From Candidatus Hydrogenedentota bacterium (GTDB taxonomy: Bacteria > Hydrogenedentota > Hydrogenedentia > Hydrogenedentales > JAEUWI01): a stretch of 64,000 nt of DNA. The stretch lies in assembly GCA_034669905.1 (NCBI GenBank), contig JAXMOL010000045.1:2584-66583 (forward strand), written 5' to 3'. This document shows positions 9,815 through 18,658 of the stretch, piece after piece; the first letter of the stretch is position 1; every line of letters starts with the position of its first letter. Below the pieces are notes generated by a model that was not told the origin of the DNA, did no database searches, and was given only the letters and a program-made list of their open reading frames with translations. The position numbers and the translations under genes are program-made.

Positions 9815-11908
9815 GTGGAGACTACCTCACTGTCCACCGCGCTGGATAAATTCAGGGGCGAAGAATCTGAGCAAGTTCCCCGTCTGTCCCCCGAAGAGGT
9901 GCAGACATTATCATCCTATTTGAGGGAAAAGGCCGATGCGTCGGGGCTTTCTGCCGAGGAACAGGCCATGCTCAAACGGATTCGCGCCGCCATCAGTGCG
10001 GCCAATGCGGGCGGTGGGGAAGGGCATTTTCAGCGAACGAACAATACCTTGCGTACTGCCATTGACCTCTTTCTTATCAAAGACTTCCCCAACGCGAAAG
10101 ACGGGGATCTAAAGGTCTTGCAGGATACTCAGGCCAAGTTGCGCCAGATGAGCGATGGCGCAACCCCACCTCCCAATCAGGTGCGCCTCCTGCAGCTTAT
10201 CGACCGATGCCTGGAGAACTATGCGGCATGGAGGGCGACCCAATCGGATGAGGGGGCAGTTTCCTCCGTCGAAGCCCCGGTCGCCCCGGCAGCGCCGACC
10301 CCGAAACCGCCTGCGTCTCTCCCTGAGGAGAGTTCCGGGGCCATCACGTTGGACGGTGCGTCGCTATTGACGATGGCCGGTCCGCGGGAGCCCGTCTCGG
10401 AAATCGAGGGCATACCCCACACCGCCTTCATGCGCCGAATCGAGCATCGGGGGAATCTGACGCTTGAGGGGGACTGTGAAGAGGGGCTCTTGATTCGTGT
10501 GCACGATGGAAGTGTTCGCGTCAAGGGGGCGGTATCCGGTGTCATCGTCGCGGACAGGGACATTGTTGTTTCGGATAATTTGCAGGGGGGCTGGCTGCTT
10601 TCTCATGGGGGCAGTGTGACGGTGCAGCGGGTACTCAGCAATTCCCGCGTGATAGCGCCCGGGGGTAATATTTCGGCCGCGGCGCTGGAACATGCCGCGC
10701 TGGTCTATTGCGGCCATAGGGGGGCCATCGCGGGGGATAGCATCGGGACGACGGTATTTGCCGGAGCGCTGACCGTTGGGAAGACGGTGCGTCACTGCTC
10801 GATTCAGGTGCTGAACCGGTTCGAGGCGGAGGCCATGGAATCGACGATCCGCGAGCCATCGAACGTAAATTTCTGCGCGGCCTTCTTTTGCGATGACTAT
10901 GGCCGCGCGGGTATCGAAACGGTTGAGGCGGGATTACGCCATTGGGCCCGCTCTCATGTGCGTCGGCGTGTTGTGCCGGCACTCGTTGCCTTCTATGGGA
11001 AAGAGCGTCTCAATGTCGGCCGGGCGCGGGTCTTCGTGCTGCGGGCCGGTAAACAAGGGGGGGCGACGGCACGAACGCTTCGCAGTGGCCATGCGACCTA
11101 CGCGACCCTGGATCTGATCGTTACCCTTTCCGAAGCGATTAAAGACATGTTTGCGCTAGGCGAGCGGCTCGGAGAAACGATGCTGGCAACCTTTATCCGG
11201 GGCGTTCTGGAAGAGGCGACGGGATTCGTCAATATTATCCTCAAAGAAATTGTTTCCATGAGTAAGGAGTATGTGACCGATGTGAGCAAGCTTGATGCGC
11301 CCTGTCGGCAGGTTCTGAATCTGGCAAAGAAATTGCCGGAGGGACTGCGCCTCAAGACGGGGGTGCCCAAGCTGCTCTATGACTTTGACATTCGCATTGA
11401 TGAGTGGCGGCAGGCGGCAGAAAAGGGACGGATGTATAGCACGGAATCCCTGGCCCAGGTTGCGGAGGTGTTGGGGGAGGCGGTTTTTGCTGTAACGGAG
11501 TGTGCCACGCTCGAGGCCCTGGGGGAACGGCTCGAAGAACAAGGGGGAGAGGTAGGGGGGCGGGGACCAGAGTTGTCTGTGTTGAAGACCAAGTCGGTCG
11601 ACTATGGCGCATTGGCGTCCCACTGGCAGGCCAACGCGGTAGAAGACGAGCAGGCCTATGCCCGCGGGTTGGCCCTGGTGACCAAGGAATCGGAGATGGT
11701 TCTGGCTGGCGCGGGCGAGCGCGGTATGCAGGTGAGGCACATGGCCAAAGATATCCCCATACGGACCCTTCAAATCTGCCAGAAGATCAGTGGCCGCAAT
11801 GGCACGGCCGCGGTGCTATCCGTCGAACGGGAAGACTTCAGCCTGACGTGTGAGAATCACCGACTCTATGGCGACGCAATTGGCGGAGAGCCGACCGACG
11901 CATTTTAG
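9815..11908 (+). CDS. FapA/DUF342-like beta-helix protein
   Basis: GGAGG RBS before GTG. Central repeats (GNLTLEGD, GSVRVKGAV, GSVTVQ, GNISA) resemble the FapA beta-helix. Helical N- and C-terminal regions and a Pro-rich linker. Confidence 0.55.
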   Translation: METTSLSTALDKFRGEESEQVPRLSPEEVQTLSSYLREKADASGLSAEEQAMLKRIRAAISAANAGGGEGHFQRTNNTLRTAIDLFLIKDFPNAKDGDLKVLQDTQAKLRQMSDGATPPPNQVRLLQLIDRCLENYAAWRATQSDEGAVSSVEAPVAPAAPTPKPPASLPEESSGAITLDGASLLTMAGPREPVSEIEGIPHTAFMRRIEHRGNLTLEGDCEEGLLIRVHDGSVRVKGAVSGVIVADRDIVVSDNLQGGWLLSHGGSVTVQRVLSNSRVIAPGGNISAAALEHAALVYCGHRGAIAGDSIGTTVFAGALTVGKTVRHCSIQVLNRFEAEAMESTIREPSNVNFCAAFFCDDYGRAGIETVEAGLRHWARSHVRRRVVPALVAFYGKERLNVGRARVFVLRAGKQGGATARTLRSGHATYATLDLIVTLSEAIKDMFALGERLGETMLATFIRGVLEEATGFVNIILKEIVSMSKEYVTDVSKLDAPCRQVLNLAKKLPEGLRLKTGVPKLLYDFDIRIDEWRQAAEKGRMYSTESLAQVAEVLGEAVFAVTECATLEALGERLEEQGGEVGGRGPELSVLKTKSVDYGALASHWQANAVEDEQAYARGLALVTKESEMVLAGAGERGMQVRHMAKDIPIRTLQICQKISGRNGTAAVLSVEREDFSLTCENHRLYGDAIGGEPTDAF

Positions 11909-11990
11909 GGAGCGGATACCCGGCTAAAAAAAGGAAGCCCGGTGCTCTCCAGTGGGCCCAGGCTTCCGATAGGGTACTTTTAGAATAATC

Positions 11991-13019
11991 TTACAGCGTT
12001 GAGTTTGCCGTGACCTCGTGGGGGTGAAGCCAGGAAAACACGACCGGTTCCATTTCCGTAAGCGACTTTTTGGGCTGACGGGACTGGACCCGTTCCAAGA
12101 GTGTGCGGTAGCGTTCGGGCAGGCGGCACAGGTAGTCCTGGGCCTTGGCCGCGGCGGGGGACAGATCCGTGAGATGCTCTACATCCCACTCCTTGAGAAG
12201 CTGTTCCACAATTTCCACGTAGTCCCATCCGGTGTACACGCCACTCCGCTTCGCCACCTCTTCAAACTTTTTGAAGGTGTCTCCGACTTTTTCGCCCCGC
12301 TCGCGCATGTACATGGCCGGCATGGTGATTTTTTTCTTCATCATGTCTTGAAAGGCAAGGAGGGTCTCGTTCGTGTCTACTTCGAGGATCTTCGAGATGA
12401 AATACTTGTAGGCCCGGGCATGACGGTGTTCGTCGCCGGAGATTTTTGCTGACAGGTTGTAGAGCTTTTCCGCGCCGACCGACCGTGCGATTTTTCCGAC
12501 ATTCAGGTGGGAGATGCGCGTGGCGACTTCCTGAAAGGACGTGTAGATGAAGGTGCGGTAGGGATCATTTTCACTCTGGGTGTCGCCCCCGTCTGCAATA
12601 AGATTCTGAACGGTGACCTCCACTTCCCGCATATTGACCCGTCCGGAAAGGTAGAGCCAACGGTTCAGCAGATCGCCGTGGCGGTTCTCTTCCCCGCACC
12701 AGGCGCGATTCCAGGCGCCCCAGGCCGTCCGGGGTTCCCCCGTGGCCTCGACGCCTTCGAGGGTGCTGATCCACGACGCATAGGAGGGCAACGCTTCTTC
12801 GGTGATCATATCCCCGACGAGAATAATCAAGGCGTCCTCGGGCAAGCGGGATGCTTCATCACGAAGCTCCCGGAGTGCTTCGAAGCCTTCGTCGGTGGAG
12901 AGATCGGGGGTATAGTCGCTTGGCTGCCAGTTAATCTCGGGATTGCGAAGGAATACCGGTAGTTTTTCGGCCACAAATTTCTCAACGTACTGCATGACTT
13001 CGAGGCGGGATGGAATCAT
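11991..13019 (-). CDS. Soluble acyl-ACP desaturase (plant/mycobacterial DesA-type di-iron)
   Basis: ITEEALPSY, WCGEENRHGDLL, YTSFQE.ATRISH and DEHRH di-iron motifs. Start placed at MIPSRLEV. Confidence 0.92.
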   Translation of the reverse strand: MIPSRLEVMQYVEKFVAEKLPVFLRNPEINWQPSDYTPDLSTDEGFEALRELRDEASRLPEDALIILVGDMITEEALPSYASWISTLEGVEATGEPRTAWGAWNRAWCGEENRHGDLLNRWLYLSGRVNMREVEVTVQNLIADGGDTQSENDPYRTFIYTSFQEVATRISHLNVGKIARSVGAEKLYNLSAKISGDEHRHARAYKYFISKILEVDTNETLLAFQDMMKKKITMPAMYMRERGEKVGDTFKKFEEVAKRSGVYTGWDYVEIVEQLLKEWDVEHLTDLSPAAAKAQDYLCRLPERYRTLLERVQSRQPKKSLTEMEPVVFSWLHPHEVTANSTL

Positions 13020-13476
13020 TGGGGGCCTGTACTTTCTTTGGGATGGATTCGGGGATAAATGAAGATACGAAATAAAACTGTTAGGATCTAAAGTATAGGA
13101 TCGGGGCACGGAAAAATGCAACGATTTCAACGGGGCGAGCCGTAGTGATTATACCCTTTTTCGGCCGTCGACGTGGTGAGGCGAAAAGCGGGAATCTCAA
13201 TTAATTCCTCCGAAACCAGACGCAATTTGCGTTTCCCCTCCCGGAATAGATACCATGAACGCCTTAGACTGGTGTAGTATGGAAGTTATGTCTGCTTGCC
13301 ATCGAAGCACGGCCCAATCGGGATTTAACCACCGCCAGGGGTGCTTCGGAGCGGGTCGGCCATGCAGGTTTGGCGCGGGACGACGACCAGCGGCCTGTTT
13401 AATGCCCAGCCGGAGGTAATCTTGGCCTGTGCCCGCTATTCGCCGGGTTAGTAGCAGCGTTGGTGAAGGTACGACA

Positions 13477-14076
13477 ATGAAGAACAGAGTATTTACGACG
13501 GGTGAAGTCGCCACGATTTGTGGTGTGTCCGCCGATACGGTTTCGCGTTGGTTTGACCTGGGTCAGATCGAAGGGTACCGTCTCGGGCCGGGAGGCGACC
13601 GACGGATACCCTATGACAGCTTACGCACGTTCATGCTGAATCATGGCATTCCGGTGGAGCGGTTGGAAGAAGGCGAACGTCGTATTCTGGTCGTAGACGA
13701 TGACCCCTATTACCTCGATATCATCCCGTCGGTACTCGCACGTGAAGATGATTTCGTCGTATTGACGGCTTCCACCGGTTTTGACGCGGGCGCCATCATC
13801 GTCGAGCACAATCCCCAGTTGGTCATCTTGGACATCCATCTCTCTGATATGGATGGTCGGATGGTTTGCGAGCGGGTGAAAGCGCGGGTCGAAACGCGGA
13901 ATACCCGTATTCTTGGTATCTCCGGTTTTATCGAAGAAGAGGAAATCCTCGAACTGTCCAGTTACGGCTTCGATGATTTCCTGAAGAAGCCCTTCCATAT
14001 TGAGGAGCTGGCCCAACGGGTGAACCAGCTCTTCGCCCTGCCCCCGGCGAAAGTCAGTCGACCCCGCGCCCTCTAG
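13477..14076 (+). CDS. Response regulator with N-terminal excisionase/MerR-like HTH and C-terminal receiver
   Basis: FTTGEVATICGVSADTVSRWFD...RRIP HTH; ILVVDDD, LVILDIHL, KPF. Confidence 0.9.
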   Translation: MKNRVFTTGEVATICGVSADTVSRWFDLGQIEGYRLGPGGDRRIPYDSLRTFMLNHGIPVERLEEGERRILVVDDDPYYLDIIPSVLAREDDFVVLTASTGFDAGAIIVEHNPQLVILDIHLSDMDGRMVCERVKARVETRNTRILGISGFIEEEEILELSSYGFDDFLKKPFHIEELAQRVNQLFALPPAKVSRPRAL

Positions 14077-14148
14077 CAGATGTCTTTCCCGGTATAACGC
14101 TCCCTGGCCCAGCCCCCTGAAGTCTGGAGTGTCGCAGGCGGAGCCCTG

Positions 14149-15129
14149 TCAGGGCCACTCGGGCTTGGCTTCCCGGGCCATCAGGGTTTCTATGGCTTCC
14201 CGGGCGGGCACGCCGTCGAAAAGGACCCGGTGGGTCGCTTCTGCGAGGGGGAGTTCAACCCCCATTTTCTGGGCCAGCATGCACGCTGATTGGGTGGTCC
14301 GGATGCCTTCGGCGACCATGTGGCTTCCGGCCCGAATTTGCTCCAGTGTTTCCCCCCGTGCGATGGCTTCCCCTACGGCACGATTGCGCGAGTGTTTGCT
14401 GGTGCAGGTGGTGATCAGGTCGCCCATGCCACTAAGGCCGGCAAAGGTAAGCGGATTGGCCCCACAGGCCACGCCCAGACGCGCGATTTCGGCCAGTCCC
14501 CGTGTGATGAGGGCAGATTTGGCGTTGTCACCCAGGCCAAAGCCATCGCAAACGCCCGCGGCAATGGCCACCACGTTCTTCAGGGAACCGCCCAACTCCA
14601 CGCCGATGATGTCGGGACTGGAATAGACCCGAAAGCGATCGCTGAAAAAGGCCGCCTGTACGGCTTTTCGGGCCGCGGCGTCGGTGCCCCCTGCGACGAC
14701 GGAGGCGGGCAGGTTTCGGCCCACTTCTTCGGCATGGCTGGGACCCGAAAGGGAAACGACGGGACCGCCGCCCGGGGCCATGGCTTCGATCACCTCACTC
14801 ATGCGGAGCAGGCTGTCATTCTCGATGCCCTTGGCGACACTGACGCGGATTAGATGGTTCTTGAAGGAGAATGCGGGGACGACGGCGCGCATGACGTGGG
14901 AGGGGACGGCGTAGACCACCATCTCCGCCTCCGGGTTGATTTCGGTCTCGATGCGGACCGATTCGGGCAGCAGCACTCCGGGCAGATAGGTCTTACTCTC
15001 TCGGGTTCGTCGCAATTCGTCGGGCTGATCTTCGCTACGGCACCAGAGTTGAACGTCGTTACCATTAAGCGCCAGGAGGCGTGTAATGGCGAGTCCCCAG
15101 CTTCCACCACCAATAATCTGAATATGCAT
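14149..15129 (-). CDS. gpsA: NAD(P)H-dependent glycerol-3-phosphate dehydrogenase
   Basis: GGGSWG, KGIE, LSGPSHAEE, GGSLKNVVAIAAG, GLSGMGDL...SRN motifs. Confidence 0.96.
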   Translation of the reverse strand: MHIQIIGGGSWGLAITRLLALNGNDVQLWCRSEDQPDELRRTRESKTYLPGVLLPESVRIETEINPEAEMVVYAVPSHVMRAVVPAFSFKNHLIRVSVAKGIENDSLLRMSEVIEAMAPGGGPVVSLSGPSHAEEVGRNLPASVVAGGTDAAARKAVQAAFFSDRFRVYSSPDIIGVELGGSLKNVVAIAAGVCDGFGLGDNAKSALITRGLAEIARLGVACGANPLTFAGLSGMGDLITTCTSKHSRNRAVGEAIARGETLEQIRAGSHMVAEGIRTTQSACMLAQKMGVELPLAEATHRVLFDGVPAREAIETLMAREAKPEWP

Positions 15130-15241
15130 CGGTTTGTCAGTCCCTCGTTGTTCGCTCCTTGGGGGAGCGATTACATTGCGTATCGGCGTACCCTAGCAAA
15201 GCCTTGGTAGGGGGCGCAATGGGAACGGTGGGGGAATAGAC

Positions 15242-15364
15242 AAAAAACGCCCGCCGAGGGGGGCACCTCGACGGGCTGCGGCAGGTAGGCTCTGATTTGG
15301 CAGGGGGCATGCCAAAGTGAGGGAGTTGTTGACTCCGAAGAGTCATTCAACTGTGCGAGCCTAC
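15242..15364 (-). ncRNA. Putative structured small RNA, copy 1 (three-way junction + intrinsic terminator)
   Basis: TATACT -10 at 15377-15372. P1 GUAGGCUC/GAGCCUAC, UUCG-capped P2, P3 UUUGGCA/UGCCAAA, then a GC hairpin and U6. Confidence 0.72.
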
Positions 15365-15640
15365 AATTAGAAGTATAGCGTATAAGTACATAGAAAATGA
15401 AACGAAATTACGTAGATTATTCATTAATCGTCATAGGCCGGGCGGTGTAGGAACGGCACTATTCACGATGGCGCCTGGGCGTTTGGGGTGGGGCAGCGTG
15501 GTCGAGCGTACGTGCCACAGCGAGGAAGGCTCGCTATCCGGTACCCACGGCGGTGGCTGAGCGGGGAGTTGCACCCGGGGGCACAGTACGCTATGGTTGT
15601 GATATGGAACTGAAGACGCCCATTCGCACAACCCGTCCTG

Positions 15641-15767
15641 AAAAAGGAAGCGCCCGCCGAGGGGGGCACCTCGACGGGCTGCGGCAGGTAGGCTCTGATT
15701 TGGCAGGGGGCATGCCAACGTGAGGGAGCTGATGACTCCGAAGAGTCAATCAACTGTGCGAGCCTAC
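15641..15767 (-). ncRNA. Putative structured small RNA, copy 2
   Basis: Near-identical to copy 1 at a 403-bp offset, with its own TATACT -10 (15780-15775). Substitutions keep P2 paired. Confidence 0.72.
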
Positions 15768-15949
15768 AATCAGAAGTATAGAGTAAAAGTGTGTAGAAAA
15801 TGTGACAGAAAGTTATGTTTAGTATAAATATGTCCCGGATCAGGTCATAGTGCGTCTTGGGGTATGGCTGAAAACTCTAAATTCTGGTGTTGGGTGCCTG
15901 CAGATAGATTTCATCGCGGATGGACCTTTCTTGCCAAGGAGAATCTGAG

Positions 15950-16327
15950 ATGGCTCGTATTTTGGTAATCGACGATCACTATCCGATGCGTCAGACGATT
16001 CGCGAACTGCTGGAGGACGATGGCCATGAGGTGTTGGAGGCTGCCAATGGGCTTTCGGGGCTTCAGATCCAACGTACCCAACACGCCGATCTCGTGATTA
16101 CGGACATCTTCATGCCGGAAAAGGAAGGGATGTCGACGATTCGGGAGTTGTGCAACGAGTTTCCCGGCATCCGGACCATTGCCATATCGGGGGGCGCGGG
16201 TGATCTAACGGCGCCGGAGAGCTTTATCGATCTTGCCCGACGATTTGGGGCACGGGCGACCATCGTCAAGCCCTTCAAGGTAGATGATTTTCTGGCTGTC
16301 GTGCATCAGGTGCTGAGCGAAGAGTAA
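15950..16327 (+). CDS. Single-domain response regulator (receiver)
   Basis: ILVIDDH, LVITDIFMPEKEG, AISGG, KPF. AAGGAG RBS. Confidence 0.9.
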   Translation: MARILVIDDHYPMRQTIRELLEDDGHEVLEAANGLSGLQIQRTQHADLVITDIFMPEKEGMSTIRELCNEFPGIRTIAISGGAGDLTAPESFIDLARRFGARATIVKPFKVDDFLAVVHQVLSEE

Positions 16328-16334
16328 AGAAAGA

Positions 16335-16358
16335 GCCCTGCTTCGAAGGAAGCAGGGC
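16335..16358. terminator. Intrinsic terminator hairpin between convergent genes
   Basis: GCCCTGCTTC-GAAG-GAAGCAGGGC, with a U-rich tail on the minus strand. Confidence 0.7.
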
Positions 16359-16404
16359 CAGGATCCGGACAATTCCGGGGAATTCTGAATACGTGGTCGT
16401 GGGT

Positions 16405-16506
16405 TTAGAAACCGTCAAAAAATCCCACACCCGCGCCGAAGAGAAAAAGAAGCACGGCACCCAGGGTAAACAGGAATCCGTTGATGATCTGATCAAGAAG
16501 GGTCAT
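16405..16506 (-). CDS. 33-aa hydrophobic small protein
   Basis: AGGAG RBS 7 nt before ATG 16506; MTLLDQIINGFLFTLGAVLLFLFGAGVGFFDGF; terminator downstream. Confidence 0.55.
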   Translation of the reverse strand: MTLLDQIINGFLFTLGAVLLFLFGAGVGFFDGF

Positions 16507-16621
16507 TTTTATTCTCCTGATGTAAGCAATGGTGGTGGAACGTAAACGTGGACACACGCTACCACGGATTCGCCCCCGAAAACAAACTTGGACAAGCGAT
16601 TCTGGTGCTACCGTTTCTCCA

Positions 16622-18361
16622 CTATTCGATGCGATAGCGCCCAGGTTCGCCGGCGGCACTCCGGATGATAAGGCGCTGTGATGGGGCATCGTAATACCAG
16701 CGGTCTGCTTCCAGCATGCTTTCATTAAAGCGAAGCGACACGGGGGCTTTCGGGTAGAGCAGACGAATCAGGTAGGGGTGGGGCGGTCCGTCGATGGCCA
16801 CATAGAGGGCATCGTCGGTGGTGCACGTAATCTGTGTACGGGCCTGGTTGGTCGGGTCAACATATTCGAATGCCCCCCCATCTCCCGGGTAGATGTTGTA
16901 GGTGAGCAGCTCTTCCCACGTCTTATCCCCGATTCCGGTGTATTCCCGCGAAATCTGCATGGGGAGGATGGCCCCTTCCCGAATATAGACGGGATACTCC
17001 TCCAGGGGGAAGGCCCGGCTAATGGTGGTCGGCCCTTCTATCAACTGCTGGTCGTCAAACCAGTAGCGCCATTGGCCTGCCGGCAGGTGTACGGTGTGCT
17101 CTCCGCCGGGGGCGACGATGGGGGCCACGAGGAGGTCTTCGCCAAAGAGATAATGATAAGGACCCTCGGGGAGGGGCTTCATGAGGCGGCGCCCGCCCTC
17201 GTGGGCCGTGACGACGTAGTGGTACATGTAGGGCACCAACTCGTGGTGGAGCCAGGAATAGGTGCGAATGATTTCGAACTCTTCCTCTGAGCGCATCCAC
17301 ATGCGCCGTTCCCCGTGCCCCCCGTTGAGAAAGAGTCCGCAGAAGGTGGAGAACTGGGTCCAGCGGATATAGAGCTCCGCGTCGATGGGGTTGTCTCCGT
17401 GATAGCCGGCAATATCCGACCCCACGATGTTATAGCCCATGTCCGCACTTTTGAGGATGAGGCGAATGGCCCGCTGAAGGCCCCGTTCCTCTTCGGTCCA
17501 TGTATGTTTGTTGTCGCCCACCCAGTTGACGGGGGAGGCATCGATGGGCGCGACCCCTTCCGGGTGGCCCCAGGGGAGCACGGAATCCAGCGAGCGCGAC
17601 AGGGTGACGAAGTCCGGGTTCTTCGTCTGTCCGTGCGCCAATTCGTCGCGGTAATAATGATCCATGTAGGTTCGGGTTGTCAGTCGCCCCACGTGGGAGT
17701 CGGCAAAGAACCAGGGGATATAGCCCTTCAACTCGAAGGCGAGGGTGGCCGAGCCGTCGAGCTTCCAGCCGTCTATGCCCCAATCCAACACCTGCTCCTG
17801 CATCCCACGCCACCATACCATGGCCTCCGGATGGGTGTAATCGATGAACCCGCCCTCGCCTTTCCACCAACGGGTGTTGTCCGGCGACGTGAGTAGATAG
17901 CCCTTTTCGGCGGCCTCGTTGTACCATGTGGTCGAGTCGGTGATGGCCGTGTCCTTGTTGCGATAATTGACCATGCTCGTCATCCAGAGGACGACCCGTA
18001 TGTCCCGATCGTCGAGACTGGTGAAGAATTGCTCCGGATTGGGGAAGCGGGATTCATCGACCGCGAAATCGTTGTAGCGCGTAGACCAGGGGCTGTCGAT
18101 GAGTATCGTGCGGACGGGAAAGTCGTGCTTGAGGTGTCCATTCACCATTTCCAACGTGGACTCGGCCGTATTGGTGTCATCCTCCCAGACCCAGCACTCA
18201 AGGGCCCAGGCGGGGGTAAGAGGTGGGTTTCCCTGGCGCTGCGAATTAAAGGGGATGCCCCAGCCGGGATAGAGGACCAGCCCCCAGGCGAAGAGGACCA
18301 GTAGGAGGGACAGGGCACAGCACACCTGGAAGATTCGTTTGAGACAACCACGTTTTTTCAT
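16622..18361 (-). CDS. Glycoside hydrolase family 31, membrane-anchored
   Basis: ILIDSPW, GWKLDGS (nucleophile), WVGDN (acid/base), SDIAGY, RWTQF, YLFGEDLLVAP. N-terminal TM helix. Confidence 0.9.
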   Translation of the reverse strand: MKKRGCLKRIFQVCCALSLLLVLFAWGLVLYPGWGIPFNSQRQGNPPLTPAWALECWVWEDDTNTAESTLEMVNGHLKHDFPVRTILIDSPWSTRYNDFAVDESRFPNPEQFFTSLDDRDIRVVLWMTSMVNYRNKDTAITDSTTWYNEAAEKGYLLTSPDNTRWWKGEGGFIDYTHPEAMVWWRGMQEQVLDWGIDGWKLDGSATLAFELKGYIPWFFADSHVGRLTTRTYMDHYYRDELAHGQTKNPDFVTLSRSLDSVLPWGHPEGVAPIDASPVNWVGDNKHTWTEEERGLQRAIRLILKSADMGYNIVGSDIAGYHGDNPIDAELYIRWTQFSTFCGLFLNGGHGERRMWMRSEEEFEIIRTYSWLHHELVPYMYHYVVTAHEGGRRLMKPLPEGPYHYLFGEDLLVAPIVAPGGEHTVHLPAGQWRYWFDDQQLIEGPTTISRAFPLEEYPVYIREGAILPMQISREYTGIGDKTWEELLTYNIYPGDGGAFEYVDPTNQARTQITCTTDDALYVAIDGPPHPYLIRLLYPKAPVSLRFNESMLEADRWYYDAPSQRLIIRSAAGEPGRYRIE

Positions 18362-18658
18362 CTAAAGGGACTTTCCGTTTCTAATAAGACGGCCATCGAC
18401 GACGACTGGTTTTAGTATAACGCAAGTCTGCGGACAGGATGGGGCGGGAGGCAAGGCGAGGTTGCTCTGGTACGGCCATCGGAGCGGTGTTGACCAGTTC
18501 TTGGAGTGATTGCCGGTACAGCCTCGCACGTTGACGCATCCGTCGATGGGGCCAGTGGGCGTTCTGGTTTTGGCGGGCTTTGGGATTCCACATGGTGGCC
18601 GCGCGAGGCAGTCCCCTTTCCGCCGTCGGCGGACGCTATGCGCACCCTTCAAACTTCC

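Noticed and set aside
15431-15753. ORFs spanning the twin-RNA region
   Set aside because: No RBS or family signal, and they cross a terminator; RNA structure explains the conservation better.
15242-15767. Twin RNAs as c-di-GMP-I, glycine, SAM or TPP riboswitches, or tRNA remnants
   Set aside because: CGCACAG recalls a c-di-GMP-I example, but the GGCAAAC, GNRA loop and GACGCAAAG elements are absent. No other consensus or cloverleaf fits by eye.
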